From assembly GCA_963924565.1 (NCBI GenBank), contig OZ004609.1:5580001-5644000 (forward strand): DNA of 64,000 nt, given 5' to 3'. This stretch comes from Ascidiella aspersa. Taxonomy: Eukaryota. The notes under the pieces were generated by a model. The model was not told the DNA's origin and ran no database searches. It saw nothing but the letters and a program-made list of their open reading frames with translations. The position numbers and the translations under genes are program-made. Of this stretch, positions 25,297 to 38,400 are shown in pieces (within the stretch, counting starts at the first letter, position 1; each line of letters begins with the position of its first letter).

Positions 25297-28200
25297 TGGT
25301 GTGAATTTTTGAAAAGCCATAGCTTCCAGCTATGTTGTATTTATACCAATTACTTTAGTTAGCTAAAAGCATAATTGCTGGTTGACAATTAACGTTTATC
25401 GATTTTATAATATACGTTGTCGTATTATTAATACCGTATCGAGAATGTAGTTGTTCATATCGCATTGAGTATGTAGTTTTTGTTAATATCGCATTGAGAA
25501 TGAAGTTTTTGTTAATCGTTCTTTTAACACAGGGGTCGGGACTCGCGAGCCATATATGGCTCTTTTTGTGACGCGGGCTCTTTTATGGCTCTTTCGTTAA
25601 AAAAATCTTGCTTGCCGAAAATTTAAGCTATCATTTCTTTGCATGATCTCAAATAAAACTGCACTCGACTACGGCCGTTTTCCTAACTTTATATTTCCTT
25701 TTTTATTACACATAATTGCAAATATTCGGCGCTTCGCGCGAATCCTATTTGTTATTCGAGACTATTATCCCATTAGAAGAAATCTCTTAACATCCAAAAG
25801 GTCCTATTCTTACAATCTGTAATCAAAGTTTTGCAAACTTGGCTAATTCCATTTTGGGGGGTAGCATATATGTTTTGAACATGAGAACACAATAAACGGC
25901 TCTGCTCAATTTACTATTTTTTGCCAACCTATAGCTAGATGTAAAAAAGTCCACTATAGGCATTATTATACAGGCCGAAAATTTATTTCTCTTCTTATCT
26001 CTTGTGTTTATTCAGTTTGATGGAAGGGTGGTAACTGAAAGGAATCGCACAACTTGCTCTATATCATTTTACTTCAAGTAAATTATTTGTACAATTAAGA
26101 GACAATACCTTACATATTGATATTGTATATTATTACGAACACATTGATAAACCTTCCAATTAAGATGGGAAGTTGGTTACTACTGGATAAAAATTTTAGG
26201 TCGTGTAGTTGGTCGACGTTCTGTTTGTTGAGCGACGCCGATGTGGTTGTTCTGTCAATTGCCGCGCTAAATGCAAGGCTAATGCGGCTTCGCAAACCCG
26301 TTTTAGTTCAGTGGTTAAGCACCTGGGCGAACTTGGCGCGCCTAGATTGTTTTGGGGCAATATTTCCGAGAGTTGTGACGATACAAAGTTGAAATTTTTA
26401 CACAATCCTTATATTGGTTACATCTTTCCAGCACCTTTTTTTAGCGAAAAATATTTATATGCACAGCAGTTTGGATGTTAAATTAAAAAACAAACTTTTT
26501 TGTTTTAACAGCTTTGGCCATTATATAAAATCGCACATGTAAACAAACACATAATGTTGTGTTAAAAGTTTGCGACATAAAGTTAAGCACAATATAGTCT
26601 TTCTCAAAAGCAAACTTTATACATTTATATACATCCAGGAACGACTTTTTTACCAGTATTATTTTTTCAAACATATATATATATTTTTTTTAAGGCTTGA
26701 CTTGGACTCACTGCGACTCAAGTCATTTCAAAAGACTTGTTTACATCCCTGGGAATCTGCTTACCAAGGATTAGGTAATTTTAGAAGGACGCCAGCCATA
26801 AGACCAAGATATGAACAACACCAACTTCAGAATAAAACACAATTCGGAATAGGGCCAAAATAGGACGAATACCAAATGGTATTAGTACCGTCTAAATCGG
26901 AATAAGTCCTAAATCCGTCAGAATAAGACCTAAAAGGTCAGAATCAGGCCTAAACAACACTTTAACTAACCCCAAACCCTACCCCTAAGTACAACACTCC
27001 CGTAATAATTTCAACAATAATCTATTTTATAACCTCACCCATTACCCACCAATAACCCCGAATAGGATAAAAAAAATATATAAAAAAAAGGATAAAAAAG
27101 AAAAAATCCGGCGCCAAAACAGCGGTGCCCTGACGGCGCCGGTCAGACTAAGGCGTCCAAACGTAGTCATAAAAACGGCCGAAACCAGACCAATGGCCCC
27201 CGATCGCGTATACCCTCTACCGACAGGTTCGGGCTTTATTTTGACCATTTAGGCTTTCGACCGATGGACTTAATCTTATTCAGATGAATTTAGGATTTAT
27301 CCTGATGAATTTAGGCCTTATTACGATGAATTTAGGCCTGATTTCGGTCAATTTAGGACTTATTCCATAAATTTAGGACTAATTCCGATGGATTTAGGCT
27401 TTTTCCGATAAATTTAGATCTCATTCCGAAGAATTTAGGCCTTATTTCGACAGATTTAGGTCTTATAGAGACGATTTTGATCTTATACTGTCGTGGATAT
27501 TATTGCGTATATTTGGCTGTACTATGTCGTTAATTGGTCTTAATACTATGGTTTCCTAGATTTTTACTGCATTAGGTATTGTTGCTTTTTAGGTCTTATT
27601 GTGTGTTTCCCCTTTTAAAACTTTTTTAGGTCTTATTGTGTGTTTCCCCTTTTAAAACTGCCAAAGCACATTGCAATGTGCATCGTGCATTGACAATTCT
27701 ATCAACGTGCAAATAGGCTCTATGAACATGTGCGCACGACTTTGCTTTTCACGTTTCGCATCAATCATGCCGTGTTGTCCTTTTAAACTGCTATGAAATA
27801 CATATGTATTGTTATGTTACTGTCACGTTCAACTTTGCGCACAGTAAAGACTGAGGTTAACATGTATTTAACAAAGACTCAGATTAATATGTATACATAT
27901 ACATATATTATATATATGTATATATATTTAGAAAGATACAGGTAAACATATATTTAAAAGTGAAAAAGGTTATCATATATAGCCAGAAACTTTGCAATAT
28001 GGTTTAATATTCATTTCGTTTTATTCCAAAAGTCCTGTTTAGTCACACACTGAAAAAAAATAAATAGGGCAGATCTGTTGAAGGAGATTGCTTGCTAGTG
28101 AATTCACTATACGGTTGTTCACAAAACTATAAGAAAGCTTTATCAAATTTCATTTTTAACAACGATCGAATTTAGTAGCTAAAAAGCAAGTTGATGGCCG

Positions 28201-29212
28201 ACAATGCATCAATTCGTAGATACGGCTTCTAAAGTACATTTCAGAACATGATATTATAATGGAGCCTACAGCGTATTATTCTCACACCTACTAAACTTTA
28301 GGTCGCTCAATAGTAAAGGAAACTTATATAATAAAAAATAAATCTAAATTATTATGCATTTTTTTCTTTATTATACAAACGGACATTTTGAACGATCGCG
28401 GTAACTCTAAGTATGTTCAACGCACTGTAATTCTAGTGTTCCAAAATTAAAAAAAAACAGTACATTCGCTTTGAACACCAAGAACGGTCTTATTAATTTA
28501 CAATTGAGTCTGTTTGTATTGGTCAGTGTGCGTCATTTTGCTAACATTCAGCTTAAGCTAGTGATACTTAACCTTTAGTGGCCCTTAAACGGTTCTTAAG
28601 TGGTACGAAGCACGAAAGCAGGGGGTACGACATGCAGTGTGAAATTATGCGCTGTTTAGGCATATTTGTGAAGAATGTGTAATTTACAAAAAGCCATAAG
28701 AAAAAAGCCTTTAGTAAATTGACTGATCGTTGAACTAACAAGACTGTTTTTAATGCATTCAACACGTAATTTATAAATACACTGAGTTTAATTCCTACTA
28801 TTAACATTTTATTTACTTCCGTCGGTCATCGTAGACAGGAGGTACAATAAAACTCCATAAAAGCACAAAGGGTACGAGCGCTAAAAAGGTCAAGAAACAC
28901 TGCTGCAAGGCAATAATGCAGTACTTCATACAACAATGCGTTATTTAAATGAATATATTACGGGTAGATCACAAAACAATTGTTTGAAATAATCGCCATA
29001 CTTATCCTACAAGCTCGAAATGACCATTTAAATTTAAACTATTATTAGTCATTTTTACCACTGACATGCAATTCGTTTACCTCATAAATATATAAGCTAA
29101 TTACATCGACGCATGTAGGTTTCTTTTCATTAACCAGGGATCATCCAGCGTAGAGAAAATTTTGTTAACAATAAGCTTGTGAGGCCGGTATTTCACATTA
29201 CTGGTCGCGATT

Positions 29213-31782
29213 ATGTCGGACATGCTTGTAACTAAAAACATGACAAAAGAGTTTTACTGGAGGAAGCTGGTTCCTGGTGACTATGAAGAGGTGAAGGACA
29301 TCATATTAAATCATACGATGAAGTGGGAACCATTATGTGTGACGATAGGAATTACTGCGGAAACCGGCGCATTGAATATTTTTGACGGCATATGGGTAAC
29401 TATATACTTAATGCGACAAACTACTGTAAGTCACCTTGGGACACAAGCCCCAAAAAACCCCAAGTGCTGCAATCAAGTCATTTTAAAACAAAAGTCAAAA
29501 ACAAAAGCAAGGAAAAAAAGCGAAAATTGTTAACAGAAAAGAAGGAAAGTTAAGAAATACCAAACAGTTGAATGGTGTGCAATGAGTAAAAGTATAGGTG
29601 CACAAGGGTGAGAAAAAGTGAAGGAAAGAATACAAACCAACAAAAAATATGGACAAAAAACTCCATCTTTTGTTGGTCGGTTCTTATTTAAACTTTTGCC
29701 ATCTGTAGATCGTTGTTTTATGCTTTTCTATGCTTTGTTATGTTGCGTACGCAAACAAGACAAGTACCGGTACCCACTAATTCTTAAGATTCCTAAACCG
29801 TGGAGCAACGTCTCTGTAATAATCGCGTCGAGTTTACGCCATCCAGAGTAAACTCGTTTATGTTTCGGTTGTTCAAACTTCGTCACGGTGATGTTTTAAG
29901 ATTTTTCACGACATAGCAATCGCTCACAGTAAAACACAGGAGTCGCAGATCACTGTTGAGCAATCAGCATATGCAAACGGGGGGTAACAATATACCCGTT
30001 TTCAAGCTATTGTTTTTTGCAGGCAGAGGTAACTGATTGCCAGTCAATCTGCGCGTATGATCCAAGTAACACCAACAAGATAGTTGGAATTCGCTTGGCA
30101 TCAGGCCCTTACCCGCCGAGAAGAAGAATGTCAAAGATGGGAGATGGGATAAAACGACCTTTGCAACTGGAGCAAGTCTACAGGGTAAGCCTTATAAATT
30201 TGTGTTAAAAAATGTTAAAAATAATTGCCAGCGCATAAGATATCCTATAATGGTGGTTTAATTCTTTGTTAATGGAGTTTCGATTTGCTTCTATAAAAAT
30301 ATCAAAATAAGAAAGAAATATTTTGGTCATATTCATCAACATGTGGCTGTTCGATTTTAATGTTTTATCAAGGTGGTCTGCTGTTACACGTTACCTATGC
30401 TAAGTGATCATGTTTTAGAAACCAAAATTACCCACAACAAAAACAATTCGGTAAACGTCCTGTCCGTCTGGTTTCTATTCCATTCCAATGTATAGGTTTA
30501 CTTAATACATAAAAAAGTGAATTTCCCGCATGGCTTTTAGCGATTTTCCTGCATGGCTTTTTGCAGATAAATATTTTAACACTTTTGTTTAAAGGTAAAC
30601 AATAATATTTAGCTTTGAAACGGTCTGTAATGTTGCTAGGTATTTGAGTGCATATCATTTGGTCCAACTAAAGTAGTGCAGTCGTACGTTGGCGATGAAA
30701 AGTTTATGAAGGGATAACTGGTGTCAGTGGTTGAAGACCACTTTCAATTAGGCCTGGGACGAGCACTTCTCCATAAGTATGTTGGTAAAGGTCTTACTAA
30801 TCACTATATTGTTTCAAAGGTATCTTAACTTACTTTTAGGCAAATTAAAATTAAACTCATTATTGTACAACAAAATGTTGGTAGTGTCTTACGATATTTT
30901 TTAACTGGATTTAATATGTTTTTAACAGTGTTGTAAGCAATTCATTTTGAAATGACTATAGTCCCAGTCAAGCCATTTGAAAAATAACAAGTCAAGTTCC
31001 AGTCATACGTTCCTCAAGTCATGAGCAAATAATTATAAAATAACAAAAACGCTTTATACAGCATGAAATTTGTTTTAAGTACAAAAATCGAGACAAATAA
31101 CCCAATTTGATTCAAAAATATTTAATGAAAACACTTAATTTTAACTTACCTTATTTGACCAAAACGAAGTTCAAAGTCAATTCATTCGTCCAAACGACTT
31201 AAGTCAAGTTAAGTATTTTTGGTCAAGGGACTTAATTCAAGTTAAGTCATTTGAAAACAGTGACTGAAGTGCAAGTAATTGACTTAGTCATTACAGCACT
31301 GATTTTTTTCTAGTAACAATCTAAGCTATTCAGATGCAACAGTATTTGTACCTCAACACAAGTGCAAAATACAATGTGTTCAAAACGTGATCTATACAAC
31401 GTTGTTCAAAACGCGAACTATAGTTAGAAGATATACCCGGTGTTTTAACACTACTTTTTCACTTTTATGACACTGTTGTAGGTGGTATCAAGATATTTTA
31501 AACAATATTACAATAACTCGTGTTAATTAACCTTCGAAAATCTAACTTGCCAGATCTTGGGAGCTTGCCAAAGAAGAAGGTTGCAAATATTTCTTTGCCG
31601 AGTTGACTTCGGCTTACACGGCAAAAGTATTTGCTAAAGCTGGAGCAAAAGTTTTAAAGGAAGTTAAGTATTCAGAATACACGGATTCAGTATCTGGCGA
31701 AAAGATCATGGCTCACTGCAAACCTCCACATTGCTCTGCTAAAACTGTTGTTTTGGATCTCGATGACAAGTCGTGGTTGTAG
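29213..31782 (+). pseudogene. AANAT-like GNAT gene with a single premature stop (copy B2)
   Basis: Exons 29213-29395, 30023-30184, 30640-30776, 31554-31782, with all splice sites and the frame intact. The only lesion is TAA at 30715-30717 (FMKG*LVSV). Confidence 0.85.
30926..31301. mobile_element. MITE-like element with AAGTC-rich subterminal repeats (relatives at ~160-300, ~20160-20300, ~53213-53601, ~62150-62265)
   Basis: TIR CAGTGTTGTAA / TTACAGCACTG with many aagtcaagtc motifs inside. The TSD is unclear. Confidence 0.65.
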
Positions 31783-31916
31783 TGGTGTGCGTTTGTTAAA
31801 ATATGTGCAATTGAACTAAATTTGCGCTTTCAGCGATATGCCTTGTTTAACTATATGGTTCATATTTTAAAGAAAAAAGTGACATGAATTACTAAACATT
31901 GTTCTAAAGTTTAAAC

Positions 31917-32594
31917 CAGCGGTCGGCAACCTTTTTCTAGTCGCGGGCCAAAACCAAACTCAGAAAGGTCTCTGCGGGCCGCACAAATTTTAACTAATGA
32001 TTGTGTTTTAACATGTTAGAAATGGGAATCAGGCAGGCCTCGGATCGTTTTTGCACTTAAAACGTGTTTCGTTTTTGCACTTAAAACGTGTTACTTTGAT
32101 GGAACGCGGTAACATTCACAGGGAATTTATAGCTCAGTGTTTGTTAACCTTTTGGGTCAAAGTAGACATGGCGAGCGAAGCAAGCGCGATTTTTTTTTGT
32201 TGTATACGGGCATTTCTTTTAAATTTCTTGCAAGTTTTCATACATTGCCGAAAATGAAAAATAAATAAAATGTTAAAAAATATATGTCCAATATTTTAGA
32301 ATAAGTATGTTTTCCGTTTTTCCGTGACGCACTTGGCAACCTTCCACGGCGCAACGGTAATAAAGAGCTAATCTAGTTCAAAAGACGGCAATCAAAAAAA
32401 AAGCATCAAAACGTAAACAAACCGGACGCAGAATGGTAAAATAATTTTTCGAAAATTTTTCGCTCTTACGTAGTTAAAATAGTCAAAAAGTATGTGAAAT
32501 AGACTCGTTTCTAATTTATCGAAGAGGCGGCGGGCCGGATGAATTTCATCGGCGGGCCGGATATGGCCCGCGGGCCGTAGGTTGCCAACCCCTG
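31917..32594. mobile_element. Non-autonomous hAT-type MITE (678 bp)
   Basis: TIRs CAGCGGTCGGCAACC / GGTTGCCAACCCCTG, TSD GTTTAAAC and GCGGGCCG subterminal motifs. Confidence 0.9.
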
Positions 32595-33289
32595 GTTTAA
32601 ACGATTAAACAAACACATTTACCAGCTATGTTGAGAAATTCGTGACATTGTAACCTTACTTGTTCTTTGGCTTTTAACACCGATAAGTGTACCTTTATAA
32701 TTGCTATCCGAACGTATAGTCTCTCGAACCACCAAATATAGTAAATACTGATAATACTGATAAATAGCATTCGTCGTCAACGAACAATATAGCAAAAAAA
32801 CGATTTTTTTTAAATATATATATTACACTTATCGAAAATTTAAACGCTAATTTAACATAATTATGCAGTAGTTTTATTTTGACGTTTTGTTAATACTAAA
32901 TAAAAGCGTTGCAATAAAACTATTTTTGATGTACTTGAGCAATAAGCTGTATAATGATTCGGCAACAAACCTGAACAAAGAGTTAAGTATTGGCAAAACT
33001 CACAAAAACAAGGAGGTACATGTTGCTTTATTTTCACTAAAATAGGCTATACTCGTTTTTCATCATTATGGGTTACATCCAGGATTTAGCAATTAGTAAA
33101 ATATAATTATGCAAATAATGAAACACAAGTAAAAGTGACACCTAGGTCTCCATTTTTGTGTAACTTAGAAACGACTAATGTCCATGCATTAAAAGGAGAT
33201 TAAAATAAACATTTTTACACACAAAAGTCCTAATTGCACAATACTAGAATATAACAAATCACCAAAAACAAGACCAAACCAATAATATA

Positions 33290-34589
33290 GTCATCTAGAA
33301 GTAGCGACGATGTGCATAACCCTTTTAAGCGTAGCGTGCTTCACCAGAAGGTCTTATGCTATCCGTAACACTACTTTTTGGTTATATGATGATTACCAGA
33401 TTTTTTTTATAATCATGGGCTACAATACGAGGCTAGCAGTTTAACATGTTACAACGTAATATACAATGATGAAGAGCCCACAGCATGATGGATTTTTACA
33501 CACTATTTATCACTCTAGGCAGGATATAACGCTGTCCGTAACATTACCTTTTAGTAACATGGTAAATTGCCCTTTTAAATTATCGGCAATAATACGCGGC
33601 TCAAGCAAATGACGTAGAGTACAACATAATATGTAATAGTTATTAGGAGGTCACAGCTTGATGAAATCATACATTTTGTTTAACCTATACTTGACAACGA
33701 TGTGGAGAATACAAATTTGTTATGGACACAGCGCCTTAATAATGTTGCTGCTTCACGAAAGCCGCATCCTACTTTAATTGTGGAAAGTGTTTACCCGACC
33801 CATTTTATACACAATACCGAACATTACTTTCGGTTACAATTTAAATTACACGCTTATTTACACTTACAAGGAAATGGTAAACAATAATATGCCATGGCGA
33901 TCAACAATCAACAGCTTGATGGCTTCAAACATTTTTAACCGGGGCAATTGCACGAAACACGAATGCACGTAATATATCGCGCTTATTGCAAAAGGCTGAA
34001 ACCTTTGCAAAACAAATTTTACATTTCCAACTTTTATGTTTAAGAACTTCTTGATGTCTGTGACCGCTCAAAATTTAGGTATAGAGTTAGGATTTTCCCG
34101 TTTAATGCGGTGGTTTTAATAGTAGTCAATTTTGCTAACGTTGGACGCAATATGGTGCCGGGATTACGTATTTGCTTTAAGGTTTTACGTTTGTGAGTGG
34201 TTTTAAAATTGCTTTTTGGTTACAAAATTTGTTGCATTGTATAGCAAAACTGTGTGAAAATAGTAATTTAATCTCACAAGACAAAGAAATAAATTTGTTT
34301 CTTTAAAAATTGCCTTTTAGTTACATACTTTGTTGCATATAAAAAAAAATATCCCAATATGTAGGGCCTAATATTTTTGCTGCTTTCACAAGGGCCGCAT
34401 CCTTCTTTAATTGTATATGCGATGGTGATCAACGATCAACAGCGTGATGGCTTCATACAAGTTGAACCGCGCTAAATCGTTCCATTACACGGATGCATGT
34501 AATATTTCGCGCCTATTGCGCAAGGCAGCGTATTATTGTTACAAGTAAATACCCTGTTTAACCTGGACAACGCCGGGTATTTTGTCTAG
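33290..34589 (+). mobile_element. Non-autonomous Helitron-like element (5' end approximate)
   Basis: 3' hairpin ACCTGGACAACGCCGGGT followed by CTAG|T (34586-34590). Internal diverged repeats: ~33350-33500 vs 33525-33680, and 33890-34000 vs 34420-34530. Confidence 0.65.
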
Positions 34590-35421
34590 TTATAATATAC
34601 GGATTATTTACAAGGGATACTGGTTTATTATTTAATGCAAACTAATTCTTTTAGAGGGAGTCATAAGGCAATTTTAGACTTGAAACAGGTGATTTATTTA
34701 TACAACACATGTTATAATATAGCGATATTAGTTAATTCGCACGGAAGCAAATATTAAATAAGGCAAGTTGCGCGTTTCAACGTGGCAACCCCTTTTGTGA
34801 GACTTAGCCTGCAGGCCGGCCATTAAAAGTCTACAGTACCCAATAGTTAAAAGTAATTTATAATAAAAATAAAGCGAAATTATTCTGCATTTCTTATTTA
34901 TTTCACAAACGAACATTTTGACCACAACGCGGTAATTCTAGTGCTAACAGCAATTTCTTAACAGTCACGTACAAACTTAACTTTGTCACGTTCGCGGTGC
35001 TCATTTTTGAACCACTGTCCGAAACTCAAGTTTGATCAAACGTAATAAAGAACACTAAGTTAAAAATTGTAAAAAAAAAAATTTCTACTTTTGAACTTAC
35101 CATAGCTTAATACTCTGCGAGTTTTAATTGCTCTAAAGCCAACAACGTAATTATTAGTTGCTTTCATTTTTTAGAAAACAAACAAACAATAGTTAGAATC
35201 GTCATACACAACAGTAAAACTATAGCTTACATAATAAAAACCTTTAAAGCACTATAAATGGTATACAGAATGTTGGTTAAAATGTTGTGCTTTTAGCGGT
35301 GTAAATAACAGCCATGATTTTTGTTCGCTTGTCGCCATACCCGAAATTTGGTTTACGCAATGTGTGAATACTATAAAAAACATAACAGTTAGAGTAATGT
35401 TCAATATTGGTAATAAGAAGC

Positions 35422-38400
35422 TCAGAGCAGAGATCGGTGATAGTAGGACTGATGGACAACAAGATTCCTTCCCTGCTGTAAGTCTTCGATCGATCTACAA
35501 CCTAATAAAACGAATAAAAACGATATTAACAGGTTGACTGGTAAACGACCTTATTAAAATAATCTTATGTATTTTGTTGTTGCGCGAAAAGATACGCAAT
35601 TCAAATGTGGAAGTGATGATTTATTGTAGAGCGTAAAAATAAATTTAAGTTGTTTCTACTTAAATTATTTTTACCCCCTTTTCGTGTTAAATAAATCTAT
35701 CTAACTATACTTTATTATTAAAATTGATATTTGAAGTGACATTTTATTTTGAGGCTAGATTTTTAACGTGTTTTTAACCAGTTGCAAAGTTAACCAGTTG
35801 CAAAAGTTATTAACCAGTTGCAAAGTTAGTATTTAAGAATGTGTTGAGTATACCAAAGCGCATTAATGTCACATGAACTGTTCGGCTATGCTCAGTGCTC
35901 ACCCATCAGTTGCAGAGACGTGCGAAACTCATCTCTGAGAATCGTTAGGACTTTTTTCACTCCTTCCTCGCCCTAAAATTTTGGAAACATATTTCAGCTG
36001 TTTGTCTAAATGTAATATAGACTGAATTGAGCCCGAGGAGACTATTTAGATTAAAGTCACCAAGTATATCAGTGAATATAGTTTTAAGAGACGTAGTAGC
36101 CAATTGGTTCATTGACTCAATTTCTTATTGGCTAGATTTTTATTACTTCGCTATTTTTATAGCATCTATATAATTGTTTATTCTTTTGTAATTTAGGTAA
36201 ACGTTTTCGTTAAATAGGTTTTAACTAATGATTAGGCTTATTTTCTTATAGCAACGTTAGCTGTGAATTTTTAAAGGAAATACGGTAATCCGGTACAATA
36301 TTTTGATTATTTTACACAGCTGCACGAAATCAGGTACTTTTTGATTTAAATAAATCGCGATTTGAGTTATTCGTTCAACTCACGTCATATGCAAGCCCCC
36401 ATATGACAGGTCTGCCGATAAACACAGCTCTTGCTCCCAAAGCTAGAGCCTTTAGTACATCGGTGCCAGTTCGAATCCCGCTATCCATGTAAACCTCACA
36501 TCGTCCGTTCACCGCCGCTACTACTTCACCAAGTACATCAATCTGTAAAGCGTTCAAAACAGGCTGTGATTTGATTTGCGTGGGGTCTCATATAAACCGA
36601 CTTTATAACTTAAACTTTTCCCTCACTTACTGTTGCAGGAACGCCATCAAGATGATGTGCTCCGTGGTTTGAAACAAGGATTCCATCAACGCCGTGCTCT
36701 ACTGCTTTTGCTGCCATCTCACCTACAAAAGTAGCCTATGATTTATCCTAGCGGATTAAACGATTCAATGCTTGTTTGGTATAGACTAGACTAGACTTGG
36801 TAGGTTGCGTAAGTATTGATAGCAAACCGGTAAACAACTAAACTTACTATAGCCTACAGTTTTGTACTAAACTTGCAAAGCACTACAACAGTGGTCGGCA
36901 AACTTTTTTGTCGCAGCCCCCCCAAAAAGTACTGCTACTGATGGCCCACTACGTAAAATCACTACGAAAACAGTGGCGGATCCAGGATATTTGTTTTAAG
37001 CTGGAAGCATTATAATGACGTCTTAAAGTTACATTACAACTGTTCGAACGAAAAGCTAAAATCCAGTTTTATTACGCCTTTCGCGAAAAAAATGTTTATT
37101 TATTTTAAGTTGGCAAACAGGGACGCCGGAGAGGGGGGGGCAAGCGTCCAGCGCTCCTCCTGCCCTTTTCTAAGGGGGACAAGGGGAGGGGGCGCATTTT
37201 TTTTATAATAAACTTGGCTCAAGCCGAGTACTAAAAGTTTTCTTAAATTGATACCATTTTAAGCCAATCTAGAGGGCGTGGCCGCAAATTTTTTTCCGGG
37301 GCAGTACTCCCGGACACCCCAATGTTTCGACTCGCTACGCTCGCCTGGGGTCTATGTTAGTGCCCTTACCAAAATAGTCGCCCCCCCCCCTCCCCCCCTT
37401 GCCCTGAAATCGCTCTTATGAGTCACACGACGCAAGAAATCATCGGAAATCGCTTTTGAGCTGATTAGATTTAAGTATAAAACCTGGAAAAATACATAAA
37501 AACTTAAAAAATATACGCGCAAAGCGCGTAAAATTTTGCCTTTATATATAGTTAAGTTTGACAAAAAATATTGTTTGACGGGCACTCTCAGGGCAACATT
37601 TGGCATGCGGCCCTATATCACGCTAAGACAATATAATTCTAAGCCAGATAAAATTGTAAAATACAGCGCAATAAATGTATACGGCTCTCACGGGGCCCAC
37701 AACTACATGATGACACTAAACTATTCAAAAGTAACTCGCGGCCGGCCCACTAAAAATAGCTCTGCGGCCCACATTTGGGCTGCGGTCCACAGTTTGCCGA
37801 GCACTGCACTATACAACATTAATGTTTAAATGTTTATTTATCTAAACACATATAATAAATACATATTAATGTGCTTATAAGTTATTGATTTAACAAGTTT
37901 ATAGGTGGTATATCAATTTGCTTTACAACACATCAAACAAGGATTTACAAGTATAAAGTTTTGACCTAGCCTATAATCAAAATTATAGTTTGTGAATAAC
38001 GTCTACGAATTTCTTATTTATTGCACTCAATAGTTATGAGCTTGAATATAAAATGTTATAGTGCAAATAACTTACCGGTAAGAATACCTTTAAGTACGAT
38101 TGGCATAGTTGTAATGCTTCTTAACCATTTTATATCCGACCATTTTAACGATAGATCCGCCAAGGTTTTGAAATAACTAAAGAGAGCGGAGTTCCCGTTG
38201 CTTTTAAAACCCTTTTTAATTGTTGCTTCTTGAAGGTCAAAGTTTGCAAGTCTAAAGTAAAACAAATTAAACTAATCGTCAGAAGACGATACCACAAAAT
38301 GGACAACTTCCAGGTATTTTTTTAGAAAGCAATTCAATCCTCGTTTACAATTTTTTTATTCTTTAATGAATAAAACACAAATAAAAAATAGCTTTAAACA

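Larger units (their letters stand above)
20001..30382 (+). repeat. Segmental duplication copy 2
   Basis: Near-identical to 1-10352. Confidence 0.97.
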
